From assembly GCA_963697335.1 (NCBI GenBank), contig CAVONQ010000016.1, forward strand, positions 32,001-96,000: DNA of 64,000 nt, read 5' to 3'. The translations under genes and the position numbers were made by a program. Under the pieces are notes generated by a model. It was not told where the DNA came from and ran no database searches. It saw only the letters and a program-made list of their open reading frames with translations. Numbering within the stretch: position 1 is the stretch's first letter; every line of letters begins with the position of its first letter. Below are positions 29,238 to 40,835 of this stretch, one piece after another. Origin of the DNA: an uncultured cyanobacterium. GTDB taxonomy: Bacteria > Cyanobacteriota > Cyanobacteriia > PCC-6307 > Cyanobiaceae.

Positions 29238-31247
29238 TCAGCCGAGGGAGCCGAACAGCACCACCAGGCCCACCACGCCCCCGAACACGATCAGGGCATA
29301 GAACTGGGCCCGGCCGGTCTCGAAGTACTTCAGCCCCTCGCCGCTGCCCAGGGTGACCAGGCCGGTGAGGTTCACCACCCCGTCCACCACCTTGGAGTCC
29401 ACCTCCAGCACGGAGCGCGCCAGCTTGCGGCTGCCCTTGACGAACAGCTTGTCGTTGATGGCATCGAGATACCACTTGTTGGCCAGGAAGGCGTTCACGG
29501 CCGGGAAGCGGCCGGCGACGGCCTTGCCCAGGTCGATCTTGTGCAGGGCATAGGCGAGCACCGCCAGGCCGATGCCGGCGCTGGAGATCGCCACCGAGGC
29601 CCCAGCCAGGGGCAGGAACTCGCCCCAGCTGAACTGCGCCGCCATCTCGGCGGCCTCCTCCGGCTCCAGCAGCGCCGCAAAGCGACTGTTCCAGGGGGTG
29701 CCGAGCAGGCCGATCAGCACCGAAGGCACCGCCAGCACGGCCAGGGGCAGGGCCATCTGCCAACCGGATTCGTGGGGATGCTCGGCGTGGGCGTGTCCAT
29801 GCTCCTCCCCCTCATTGGAGCCACCACCTGCGGCGCTCAGCAGCTGGGTCTGCAGGGCCGCGTCGTTGCCGCGGAAGCTGCCCTCGAAGGTGAGGAAGTA
29901 GAGCCGGAACATGTAGAAGGCGGTCATCCCGGCGGTGATGAAGCCCATGGCCCAGAGCAGCGGGAAGCTGTTGAAGGCCTGGCCCAGGATCTCGTCCTTG
30001 CTCCAGAAGCCGGCCAGGGGAGGAATGCCGCTGATGGCCACGCAGCCGATCAGAAAGGTGGTGCTGGTCACGGGCATGAACTTGCGCAGACCCCCCATCA
30101 GGCGCATGTCCTGGGCGAGCACGGGCTCATGGCCCACCACCTCCTCCATGGCATGGATCACCGAGCCGGAGCCCAGGAACAGCATCGCCTTGAAGAAGGC
30201 GTGGGTGACCAGGTGGAACATGCCGGCCACCGGGGCGCCGCAGCCCATCGCCAGCATCATGTAGCCGAGCTGGCTCACGGTGCTGTAGGCCAGCCCCTTC
30301 TTGAGATCCATCTGGGTGAGGGCGATGGAGGCCCCCAGAAACAGGGTGATGGTGCCCACCACGGCGATCACCAGGTTGACCAGCGGGAAGGCGTCGTAGA
30401 GCGGCTGGAGCCGCGCCACCAGAAACACCCCAGCCGCCACCATGGTGGCGGCATGGATCAGGGCCGAGATCGGCGTGGGGCCCTCCATCGCGTCGGGGAG
30501 CCACACGTGCAACGGGAACTGGGCCGACTTGGCCATTGGCCCCATGAACACCAGCAGGCACAGGATCACGGCCACGCCGGTGCTGATGGTGCCTGCGCCC
30601 ACGGCCTCGCTGAGGCGGACGCCGATCTCCTCAAAGCCGAAACTGCCGGTGGCCCAGAACAGCCCCAGGATCCCCAGCAGCAGGCCGAAGTCGCCCACCC
30701 GGTTCACCACGAAGGCCTTCTGGGCCGCGTTGGCGGCACCGTCGCGGTCGTACCAGAAGCCCACCAGCAGGTAGGAGCACATGCCCACCAGCTCCCAGAA
30801 CACGTAGATCTCGAGCAGGTTGGGGCTGATCACCAGCCCCAGCATCGAGCTGCTGAACAGGGCCAGATAGGTGAAAAAGCGCACATAGCCCTTGTCGTGG
30901 GCCATGTAGCCATCGGAATACACCATCACCAGCAGGGCGATGGTGGTGACCAGGGCCAGCATCACGGCGCCGAGGGGATCGACGCGGAAGCCCATCTGCA
31001 GGTTGAAGCTGCCGGCGCTGGCCCAGTTGAACAGGATTTCCGTGGGGCCTGCCCCGGAGAGCTGCTCCGCCAGCACGGCGAAGCTGAGCACGGCGGCGGC
31101 CCCCACGCAGCTGATCAGCAGCAGGGCGGCGGGCTTGCGCAGCCGGTTCACGGTGCGGTTGAAGCTGATCAGACCCAGGCCCACCAGGCAGGCTCCTGCC
31201 AGGGGCAACACCGGGATCAACCAGGCGAGTTCAGCGGTTGAAGGCAT
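29238..31247 (-). CDS. ndhF: NDH-1 subunit F (NdhF1 type)
   Basis: NRVGDFG, AKSAQFPLHVWLPDAMEGPTP, HAFFKAMLFL, FWSKDEI. Confidence 0.97.
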   Translation of the reverse strand: MPSTAELAWLIPVLPLAGACLVGLGLISFNRTVNRLRKPAALLLISCVGAAAVLSFAVLAEQLSGAGPTEILFNWASAGSFNLQMGFRVDPLGAVMLALVTTIALLVMVYSDGYMAHDKGYVRFFTYLALFSSSMLGLVISPNLLEIYVFWELVGMCSYLLVGFWYDRDGAANAAQKAFVVNRVGDFGLLLGILGLFWATGSFGFEEIGVRLSEAVGAGTISTGVAVILCLLVFMGPMAKSAQFPLHVWLPDAMEGPTPISALIHAATMVAAGVFLVARLQPLYDAFPLVNLVIAVVGTITLFLGASIALTQMDLKKGLAYSTVSQLGYMMLAMGCGAPVAGMFHLVTHAFFKAMLFLGSGSVIHAMEEVVGHEPVLAQDMRLMGGLRKFMPVTSTTFLIGCVAISGIPPLAGFWSKDEILGQAFNSFPLLWAMGFITAGMTAFYMFRLYFLTFEGSFRGNDAALQTQLLSAAGGGSNEGEEHGHAHAEHPHESGWQMALPLAVLAVPSVLIGLLGTPWNSRFAALLEPEEAAEMAAQFSWGEFLPLAGASVAISSAGIGLAVLAYALHKIDLGKAVAGRFPAVNAFLANKWYLDAINDKLFVKGSRKLARSVLEVDSKVVDGVVNLTGLVTLGSGEGLKYFETGRAQFYALIVFGGVVGLVVLFGSLG

Positions 31248-31340
31248 CCGGCGGGCACGGGCTGGGCCGAGTGTAGGCAGTGCTCCCGGCGGCGCCGGTT
31301 GCTGATGGGGGATTGCCAGCACGGCCTGCTGGTTTGGAGC

Positions 31341-32078
31341 TCAGGCCAGCCAGTGCCCCAGGGCTGTGCGGGAAAAGGCCGTAGCCCCCACCCCGATGAA
31401 GCGGTGCGACCACCAGAACAGGCCCACCGCGATCACGATGCCGAGCTGGGCCGGGCGCAGAAACTCTGATGCCACCAGGCGCTGGCGGCCGTCGAGCACG
31501 GCGCGGAAGGGCAGGATCGAGGTGCTGGCCCGCAGTTCCTCGAAGGCCACCCCGAAGCGGTTGTGCAGGCGACGGTCGCCATTCCACACCGCGAACAGGT
31601 GGTGGGCGATCAGGCCGGCGCAGGTCACCAGGGTGAAGCTGGTGCCGATCCAGAGCAGGTGGGTGGTGCACCAGAGCACCTGGCCCACGGCCTGGGGATG
31701 GCGGCTGACGCGGATGATCCCGGTGGCATACAGCCGCACCTGGGGCTTCAGCAGCGCCGGGATTTCCAGCAGGTTGTAGGTGGCGGGGTAGAGAAACAGG
31801 AAGCTGATGGCCGTTCCCACCCACACCACCGGCACGATCCAGGGCTGGGACTGCAGGTCCCAGAGCCGCACGCCGTCGTAGCGGTGGGCCAGGAAGTAGC
31901 CCACCACCACCACCGCGGCGGGGATGCTGAGGGCGGCGAAGATCAGGCGCCAGGCCCGCTCGCCGATGCGTGCCACGCCCCACTGGCGCAGGGAGGCTCC
32001 GCCGCTGTGCAGCACGGCGAAGGCCAGCAGCAGGGCCAGCATCACCCAGCTGCTGTGGTGGAGGGGGCTGGAGGGCAA
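31341..32078 (-). CDS. NnrU family protein (zeta-carotene isomerase Z-ISO-like)
   Basis: LHSGGASLR, ATYNLLE, GIIRVSRHPQ, HHLFAVWNGDRRL, TSILPF. Confidence 0.88.
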   Translation of the reverse strand: MPSSPLHHSSWVMLALLLAFAVLHSGGASLRQWGVARIGERAWRLIFAALSIPAAVVVVGYFLAHRYDGVRLWDLQSQPWIVPVVWVGTAISFLFLYPATYNLLEIPALLKPQVRLYATGIIRVSRHPQAVGQVLWCTTHLLWIGTSFTLVTCAGLIAHHLFAVWNGDRRLHNRFGVAFEELRASTSILPFRAVLDGRQRLVASEFLRPAQLGIVIAVGLFWWSHRFIGVGATAFSRTALGHWLA

Positions 32079-32168
32079 GGGCCGGGGAAGTTGTGAAGCT
32101 GGCGATTCTGGCGCCCGGCAGGCCCCCTAGAGTCTCGACTTGCACCCTGGTGCTGGCCGGCGGGCCCT

Positions 32169-33161
32169 ATGGCTGATCTGCCTTTCACCCTTGACCAGCT
32201 CCGGATCCTGCGGGCGATCGCCAGTGAGGGCAGCTTCAAGAAGGCTGCGGACAGCCTCTATGTGACCCAGCCCGCCGTGAGCCTCCAGATCCAGAACCTG
32301 GAGAAGCAGCTCAGCGTTTCCCTGTTCGACCGCGGCGGCCGCAAGGCCCAGCTCACCGAGGCGGGGCACCTGCTGCTCAGTTACTGCGATCGAATCCTCA
32401 GCCAGTGCCAGGAGGCCTGCCGTGCCCTTGAGGACCTCCACAACCTCAAGGGGGGCTCCCTGTTGGTGGGTGCCAGCCAGACCACCGGCACCTATCTGAT
32501 GCCGCGCATGATCGGCCTGTTCCGGCTCAAATACCCCGATGTGGCCGTGCAGCTGCAGGTGCACAGCACCCGGCGCACCGGCTGGAGCGTGGCCAACGGC
32601 CAGCTGGATCTCGCCATCATCGGCGGGGAGCTTCCTCCCGAGCTCAACGAGCTGCTGCAGGTGGTGCCCTACGCCAGCGATGAACTGGCCCTGGTGCTCC
32701 CCCCCAAGCATCCCCTCGCCCGCCTCCAGGAACTCACCAAGGAAGACCTCTACCGGCTGGGCTTTGTCTGCCTCGACGCCCAGTCCACCACCCGCAAGAT
32801 GGTGGACCAGCTGCTGGCCCGCTCCGGCCTCGATCTGAGCCGCCTCAAGATTGAGATGGAACTGAACTCCTTCGAGGCGATCAAGAACGCCGTGCAGTCG
32901 GGTCTGGGGGCGGCCTTCCTGCCCGTGGTGTCGATCGAGCGGGAGCTCTCGGCCGGCACCCTGCACCGGGTCCAGGTGGCCGACCTGCAGGTGCGTCGCC
33001 AGCTCAAACTGATCAGCCACCCGGCCCGCTACTGCTCCAGGGCCTCGGAGGCCTTCCGGCGGGAGGTGCTGCCCGCCTTCGCCAGCCCCGACAGCCCCCT
33101 GCGCCGCCCGCTGCAGCAGCCGGCCCCTGAGGCCAGCCCCACGGCGGCGGCGGCCACCTAG
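32169..33161 (+). CDS. rbcR: LysR family regulator RbcR/Ycf30
   Basis: [42 protein letters not shown]. Confidence 0.9.
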   Translation: MADLPFTLDQLRILRAIASEGSFKKAADSLYVTQPAVSLQIQNLEKQLSVSLFDRGGRKAQLTEAGHLLLSYCDRILSQCQEACRALEDLHNLKGGSLLVGASQTTGTYLMPRMIGLFRLKYPDVAVQLQVHSTRRTGWSVANGQLDLAIIGGELPPELNELLQVVPYASDELALVLPPKHPLARLQELTKEDLYRLGFVCLDAQSTTRKMVDQLLARSGLDLSRLKIEMELNSFEAIKNAVQSGLGAAFLPVVSIERELSAGTLHRVQVADLQVRRQLKLISHPARYCSRASEAFRREVLPAFASPDSPLRRPLQQPAPEASPTAAAAT

Positions 33162-33174
33162 CGGTGATTCAGGC

Positions 33175-33909
33175 TCAGAACTGATCGGCCTCCGGGGTGA
33201 TGCCCACGGCGTCGTCGGCCACACCCTTGGTGATGAACTTGTTCTCGCTGATGTCAGTCTGGTAGACGCACCTCACGATCGGCTTGTCCTTCACTGAGCC
33301 GATGTAGGCGAAGGTGTTCATGCGCTGCTTGCACTGGCGCATCTGCTCTGCGGTCACGGCGCCCTCCCGCTGCAGCACGCTCCAGTTCTCCCGCCGGATC
33401 ACACAGCCGGGCTTGAGCGCGGGCTGGGTGACGAAGCTGGTGCTGGGGTTCATCGTGGTGTAGAGCTCGATGTCCATCACGAAGGCACTGGCCCCCCACT
33501 GTCGACAGAACTCCGGGTCGGGTACGGCCATGTCGAGCTGCTGGGAGCTGGCAATGTTGCCCTGGTTGCCCTGGGTGGTGCTGGAGATGGCGGTGCCGAT
33601 GCCGATTCCCACCACCAGCACGCCGGCGAGCACGGCCAGGGTGCCCACGTTGAGCTGAATCGGCACGCCGCCCCCGGGGCCACCGCCTCCCGGCCCGCCG
33701 CCCCCGCCGGGCCCGCCGCCGCCACCCCCGCTGCGCCTGGGGGGAGCCTCGGCCTCGTAGCGATCGGGATCGCGCGCGGCACGGTCGCGGCGGAACCGAT
33801 CAGCGCCGGCACGGTCCCCATAGCGATCTTGCTGCCGCGCGGGCCGGGTGTCGCCGCGCCGGTAGGCGCCGGGACGCTCGTCGTCGTAGCTGCGGGGGGC
33901 GCGACTCAC
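33175..33909 (-). CDS. DUF3172 domain protein
   Basis: Gly-rich N-terminus, TM helix, [29 protein letters not shown]. Confidence 0.75.
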   Translation of the reverse strand: MSRAPRSYDDERPGAYRRGDTRPARQQDRYGDRAGADRFRRDRAARDPDRYEAEAPPRRSGGGGGGPGGGGGPGGGGPGGGVPIQLNVGTLAVLAGVLVVGIGIGTAISSTTQGNQGNIASSQQLDMAVPDPEFCRQWGASAFVMDIELYTTMNPSTSFVTQPALKPGCVIRRENWSVLQREGAVTAEQMRQCKQRMNTFAYIGSVKDKPIVRCVYQTDISENKFITKGVADDAVGITPEADQF

Positions 33910-34268
33910 GGGGAATCAGGGGTACGGGGCAGGCCCATGGAGTAGTTGAGAACCCGGCACTCGGGGTTGTAGCGCAGCTCACCGGCCTGGAGCAGCTGGC
34001 GGATCTGCCCCTCCAGCTCGGAGCCGATGTGGCGCAGGTTGTACTCGCTCAGTTCGGCGCCGGCGTGGGCCGCCACCAGGTCGCGGAAGCGCTGCTGCAC
34101 CTTCTCCAGCACCGCTGGCTCCCACAGGAACTCGTTGTCCGGGTCCACGTCCAGGGTGAGCTGGCTGGGGTCGGGCACCAGGTCTTGCCCGTCAAGCCGG
34201 GCCGTGAACAGGCGCACGTGGCGGGTCGTGGATTTCAGCAGCGTGGCTGCGGAACTGGAATCAGCCAT
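33906..34268 (-). CDS. ndhM: NDH-1 subunit M
   Basis: [42 protein letters not shown]. Confidence 0.95.
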   Translation of the reverse strand: MADSSSAATLLKSTTRHVRLFTARLDGQDLVPDPSQLTLDVDPDNEFLWEPAVLEKVQQRFRDLVAAHAGAELSEYNLRHIGSELEGQIRQLLQAGELRYNPECRVLNYSMGLPRTPDSP

Positions 34269-34305
34269 GGGGTGACGCGGGGCGCAGCCAACGGACCGAC
34301 TTTAG

Positions 34306-35807
<1,502 letters not shown>

Positions 35808-35808
<1 letters not shown>

Positions 35809-38426
35809 TGAGGCCCGCGGCCGCTGGTCGGGCCAAGGGTGGCGCCGGCGTGGATGCCCGGGCCATCCGCTGGCGGGTCCGGCGCTTCACCCTCGCCTGG
35901 TATCTCGTGGTGACGGGCCTTCTGCTCGGGGCGGCGGGCATCACCTTCTGGAGGTTGCAGCTGACCATCCAGGAGTTCGCCGGCCAGCGGGTGACCATGG
36001 TTCGGGAGAACCTGGGCAAACAGCTCAAGATCACCGACGAGACCTACCGAAAACTCGCCCTTGCGGCGATGCGGGTGTTGAAGGCTGATTTTCAGGTCCT
36101 GGGAGCGGCCCGGTTGGGATCGGGCAGCGTGCGCAGCGGTGACCAAACCGTGCCGGATCTGCGCTTTGGTGAGTCGCCGGTGGCCGACCAGGCCGCCCTC
36201 GTGGAGGAGGTGTCGGCCCAGCTGGGCGCGACCGCCACCGTGTTCGTGGCCCGCGGCGACCGGTTCATCCGGGTGGCTACCACGGTGAACGATCAGGAGG
36301 GCACCGCCGCCATAGGCACCGACCTGGAGCCGGGCGGTGAGGTCATTGAGGCCCTGCGGCAGGGCGGGGTGTTCATCGGCGTGGTGGACATTCTCGGAGC
36401 GCCCTACTTCTCGGCCTATGAACCGATCCGCGACGGCCAGGGTCGGGTGATCGGCGCCTTCTACGCGGGCTACCCCATGGCCTCCCTTTCGGAGATCGGC
36501 CGCTCGGTGCGCGATGCCAAGATCCTTGAAAATGGCTTCGTGGCCCTCACCGATTCCCAGGGGGGCCAGCTGTTTCGCTCCTCGGGCGCCACCGCCGACC
36601 TTGTTGAGAGGGTGCTGCGCGAGGTTCCGGCCCCGACGGAAGAATCAGCCATCGGCGGGCTCGACGGCTACCGGGTGACCCGCACCCGGTTCGCTCCCTG
36701 GGGCTTCGACATCGTGATCGCCCGGTTCAATCCGGACATCGATCAGCTGACCTTAAGGCTCACCGTCGGGGTGCTCTGGCTGATGGCCGTGGTGATCGCC
36801 ACCGTGCTGGTGCTCTCCTGGTGGTTCAGCCAGCGGCTCTCCCATGCGCTGATTGCCGGGGAAATCGCCAGGCGGCGGGCCGATCTGGAGCGCAGGTCGG
36901 CCCGGGCCGCCAAGCGGGTGGCTGACCAGGCCAGCCAAGCCAAGAGTGCCTTCCTGGCCAATATGAGCCACGAGCTACGTACGCCGATGAACGCGATCAT
37001 CGGCTACAGCGAGATGTTGATCGAGGAGGCCGAGGAGATCACCTCTGGCCAGATGGTGCTGGACCTTCGAAAAATCCAGGCTGCCGGCAAACATCTTCTG
37101 GCCTTGATCAATGGTGTGCTCGATCTCTCCAAGATTGAGGCCGGAAAGATGACCCTCTATCTGGAAGACTTTGATCTGGCTGAGGCAATCCATGAGGCGG
37201 CCACCACGGTGACCCCGCTTCTGAGGGAGCATCAGAATCATTTCGTGCTCGACTGCCCAGATGGGCTGGGCACGCTGCGATCCGATCGCACCAAGTTTCG
37301 CCAGTGTCTTCTCAATCTTCTCAGCAATGCCAGCAAGTTCACGGAACGGGGAGAAATCAGCCTGCGGGTGATCAACGATCTCGCTGATCACCGCATTCGG
37401 GTGGTGGTTCAGGACACCGGCATCGGCATGACTGCCGAGCAGATGGAGCACTTGTTCGAGAGTTTCAACCAGGCCGACAGCAGCACCACCCGCCGCTACG
37501 GCGGAACCGGTCTGGGCCTGGCGATCAGTCGTCAATTCAGTCGGATGATGGGTGGCGACATCACGGTGGCCAGTTGTCCCGGCCAGGGCAGTTGCTTCAC
37601 CCTGACCCTCCCCCGGTCGCTGGAACAGCCCGGGCCCGCTTTGGCAGAGCCGGGCCAGCCGGAGCCTGGTCCCGCTGATCTGCTGGCCCCCAGGGGTCGG
37701 GTGCTGGTGGTCGACGATGACCCCGCTGCCCTAGAACTCGTCAGCCGTTTCCTGGCTCGGGACGGCTACGCCGTCACCACCACGTCCAGCGGGGATGAGG
37801 CGATCGCCCTGGCCCGCCAGATCAAGCCCGATGCCATCACCCTGGACGTGATGATGCCGGGACTGGATGGCTGGAGCGTGCTGGCGGCTCTTAAGGCCGA
37901 TCCGGAGCTTGCCGCGGTTCCCGTGGTGATGATGAGCATGTTGGACAACCTCGAGCTCGGCTTTGCGGCGGGCGCGGCGGAATGCCTGACCAAGCCGGTG
38001 GACTGGAGCCGCTTCGAGCGGATCCTCGGCCGCCTGACTCCGGTCGATTCCCAGGCGCCAGCGCGGGCTCTGGTGGTGGAGGCTGACCCCGCCAGCGCCG
38101 ACTTGCTCCGCCGCATGCTGGAGAAGGGGGGTTGGGCTGTGGATCAGGCCAGAGATGGGCAGGAGGCACTGAAGGTGCTGGCCCGCTTCCGCCCGACGGT
38201 CATCCTGCTCGATCTGATGATGCCCCGCATGGACGGCCTGGACTTCGTCGAGCGGCTGCGGCGCAACCCCGCCGCAGCGAGCATCCCTGTGATCGTGATC
38301 ACAGCCCATACCCTGACGCCCGAGGACCAGGCCCGCCTCAATGGCCGGGTCAGCGATGTGATCAGCAAGGGATCCCTCAGCGCCGCCGCCCTTTCCGAGC
38401 AGATCAATGCGATTCTGGCCAGCTGA
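35808..38426 (+). CDS. membrane hybrid sensor histidine kinase (TM-Cache-TM-HisKA-HATPase-REC-REC)
   Basis: ATVFV..FIRVATT, YEPIRD..VIGAFY (Cache), FLANMSHELRTPMN, NLLSNASKFT, DTGIG, GGTGLGL, two receivers; ATG overlaps pds TGA. Confidence 0.93.
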
Positions 38427-38453
38427 TTCCCCCTTGGCCGCCCGTTGCCAACC

Positions 38454-38840
38454 ATGACCCGTGTGCTGCTGGTCGAAGACAACGACATGAACCGGGATAT
38501 GTTGTCCCGCCGCCTGACCCGCAGGGGCTTCACCGTGGTGATGGCGATCAACGGGGAAGCGGCCCTGGCCATGGTCGCTGCCGAGACCCCCGACCTGATC
38601 CTGATGGACATGAGTCTGCCCGTGATCGACGGGTGGGAAGCGACCCGCCGCCTCAAGGCGGATCCCGCCACCGCCACCATCCCCGTGATCGGCCTCACCG
38701 CCCACGCCATGGAGGGAGATCTGCAGGCTTGCCTGCAGTCGGGCTGTGATGATTACGACACCAAGCCTGTGGACCTGCCGCGCCTGCTCAACAAGATCCA
38801 GACCCAGCTGCAGCGGCTTCAGGCCGGGGCGGAGGCCTGA
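38454..38840 (+). CDS. single-domain response regulator (DivK-like)
   Basis: LLVEDN, ILMDMSLP..DG, LTAHAM, DTKP. Confidence 0.93.
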   Translation: MTRVLLVEDNDMNRDMLSRRLTRRGFTVVMAINGEAALAMVAAETPDLILMDMSLPVIDGWEATRRLKADPATATIPVIGLTAHAMEGDLQACLQSGCDDYDTKPVDLPRLLNKIQTQLQRLQAGAEA

Positions 38841-39886
38841 TGGGGCTTGGCCATCCACCTGCGGGCTCCGGCCCCCCCGATCCTGCGGGATCCGGAGACC
38901 AGTCAATGGCGGAGCTGCGCCATGACCTCATCAACCCGATCAACCAGATCCTCGGCTACAGCGAATTGCTCGAGGAGGATGCCCGCGACCGGTACCCCGA
39001 TGCCGTGGAGGACCTCGGCAAAATCCAGCAGGCAGCCGGCACCCTGCTGAGCCTGCTGCAGACGCGGCTCGTCGGGGCCCTCGAGAGTCCCGCTGGACCC
39101 AACCAGCTCCTTGTTAACCAACTGTTACCCAGCACGCCGCTGCCCGACCAGGAGTCCGGGGGGGCGGCCCCCCGGACGGGACAGATCCTGGTGGTGGATG
39201 ACGATGCAGCCAACCTCGAGCTTCTCGCCCTGCGGCTGCAGCGCCAGGGGCATGGCGTCACGTCCGCGTCCGATGGAGAGGAGGCTCTGGAGCGGCTCCG
39301 CCATCACGCCTTCGACCTGCTGCTGCTCGACGTGATGATGCCGCGCCTGGATGGCTACGGCACCCTGGAGCGCCTGAAGATCCATCCCCAGTGGAGGCAC
39401 CTGCCGGTGATCATGATCAGTGCTCTCGATGAGCTCTCCAGCGTCGTGCGCTGCATCGAGGCGGGGGCGGATGACTACCTGGCAAAGCCCTTCAATCCCA
39501 CGCTGTTGCGCGCCAGGATCGGCGCCTGCCTCGACAAGAAGGCCAGCCGGGATCAGGAAATCGCCCTTTACAACACTCTGGTGAGAAGCCAGCAACGGCT
39601 TCGGGCCGACGTCGATGCCGCTCGCAGCCAGGTCGAGTCTCTGGCTCCGGAGCTGCGCGAAGATGCCCGTGTCAGTCCCGTGCTGGCGGCGCTGGCCCGC
39701 ATGGCCGGCGCGGTCTCCCTACGGGAGAATGACTTACGGGTCACCCTTCAGGAACTGGAGATCAAGATCAACCGGCAGGCCCTCACCACGCAAGTCAGCT
39801 CCATCGTCAGCGACCCTGCCTTCTCGGCACTTTCCGAACGGGCCAGGGCGATGCGGAGCCGCCGCCGGCCTCAGGGAGGCGACTGA
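38840..39886 (+). CDS. DHp(HisKA)-receiver protein with uncharacterised coiled-coil C-terminal tail
   Basis: LRHDLINPINQILGYSELL H-box, no HATPase; LVVDD..LLDVMMP..ISA..AKP receiver; tail LEIKIN..QVSSIVSDPAF..RARAMR. Confidence 0.85.
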   Translation: MGLGHPPAGSGPPDPAGSGDQSMAELRHDLINPINQILGYSELLEEDARDRYPDAVEDLGKIQQAAGTLLSLLQTRLVGALESPAGPNQLLVNQLLPSTPLPDQESGGAAPRTGQILVVDDDAANLELLALRLQRQGHGVTSASDGEEALERLRHHAFDLLLLDVMMPRLDGYGTLERLKIHPQWRHLPVIMISALDELSSVVRCIEAGADDYLAKPFNPTLLRARIGACLDKKASRDQEIALYNTLVRSQQRLRADVDAARSQVESLAPELREDARVSPVLAALARMAGAVSLRENDLRVTLQELEIKINRQALTTQVSSIVSDPAFSALSERARAMRSRRRPQGGD

Positions 39887-40833
39887 TGGACGCCCTGCTC
39901 TGCCACCATGGCCCTCACCACGGTCACCCTGTCGTGCTGCCCAGCCTCGACCAGGCCTACGAGGACTGCCGCCAGGAGACCGCCCAGTGGGCCAAGACTT
40001 TCTATCTGGGAACCCTGCTGATGCCGACGGCCAAGCGCCGGGCGATCTGGGCGATTTATGTGTGGTGCCGCCGCACCGATGAACTGATGGACAGCGCCGA
40101 GGCCCAGGCGCGTCCCAAGGCGGAACTGGCGGCCCGGCTCGACCACTGGGAAGAGCACACCCGCGAGTTGTTCGAAGGGGTTGTGCTCGATGGCCTCGAT
40201 CTGGTCATGCGCGACACCCTGGAGCGCTACCCCCAGCCCCTCCAGGCCTATCTCGACATGATCGAGGGCCAGCGCATGGATCTGCGTCGGCAGCGCTACC
40301 CCAGCTTCGACGACCTGGAGCTCTACTGCTACCGGGTGGCCGGCACGGTGGGATTGATGACACAGGAAGTCATGGGCCGGGACGCGGCATACACCTCGGC
40401 CCCCTGGAGCGACGCCCCAGACACCACCGCAGCGGCGGTAGCCCTTGGCATTGCCAATCAGCTCACCAACATCCTGCGGGACGTGGGCGAAGACCGGGCC
40501 CGTGGCCGCATCTACCTTCCCCAGGAGGACCTGGCCCGTTTTGATTACGGCGAGGACCAACTTATGGCCGGGGTCTTCAATGACAACTGGCGGGCTCTGA
40601 TGCGCTTTCAGCTGGAGCGGGCCCGCCACTGGTTTGCCCGTGCCGAGGACGGCGTGCGTTGGCTGGCGCCTGATGCCCGCTGGCCGGTGTGGGCATCGTT
40701 GCGGTTGTACCGCGGCATCCTCGATGTGATCGAGCAGCAGAACTACGACGTGTTCAACAAGCGCGCCTTCGTGCCGAGCAGCGGCAAGCTGCTCGACCTG
40801 CCACTGTCATTCGTGGTCGCCCAGGTGCGCTGA
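39886..40833 (+). CDS. crtB: phytoene synthase
   Basis: AKTFYLGT, YVWCRRTDELMD, YCYRVAGTVG, QLTNILRDVGED..RGRIYLP. Confidence 0.97.
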   Translation: MDALLCHHGPHHGHPVVLPSLDQAYEDCRQETAQWAKTFYLGTLLMPTAKRRAIWAIYVWCRRTDELMDSAEAQARPKAELAARLDHWEEHTRELFEGVVLDGLDLVMRDTLERYPQPLQAYLDMIEGQRMDLRRQRYPSFDDLELYCYRVAGTVGLMTQEVMGRDAAYTSAPWSDAPDTTAAAVALGIANQLTNILRDVGEDRARGRIYLPQEDLARFDYGEDQLMAGVFNDNWRALMRFQLERARHWFARAEDGVRWLAPDARWPVWASLRLYRGILDVIEQQNYDVFNKRAFVPSSGKLLDLPLSFVVAQVR

Positions 40834-40835
40834 CG

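Noticed and set aside
27170..31241. Long plus-strand ORFs (648 and 669 aa)
   Set aside because: Antisense mirrors of ndhD and ndhF with no protein motifs.
33670..33730. GC-rich repeat encoding GGGGP units in the DUF3172 gene
   Set aside because: Ordinary low-complexity linker, not a CRISPR array or mobile repeat.
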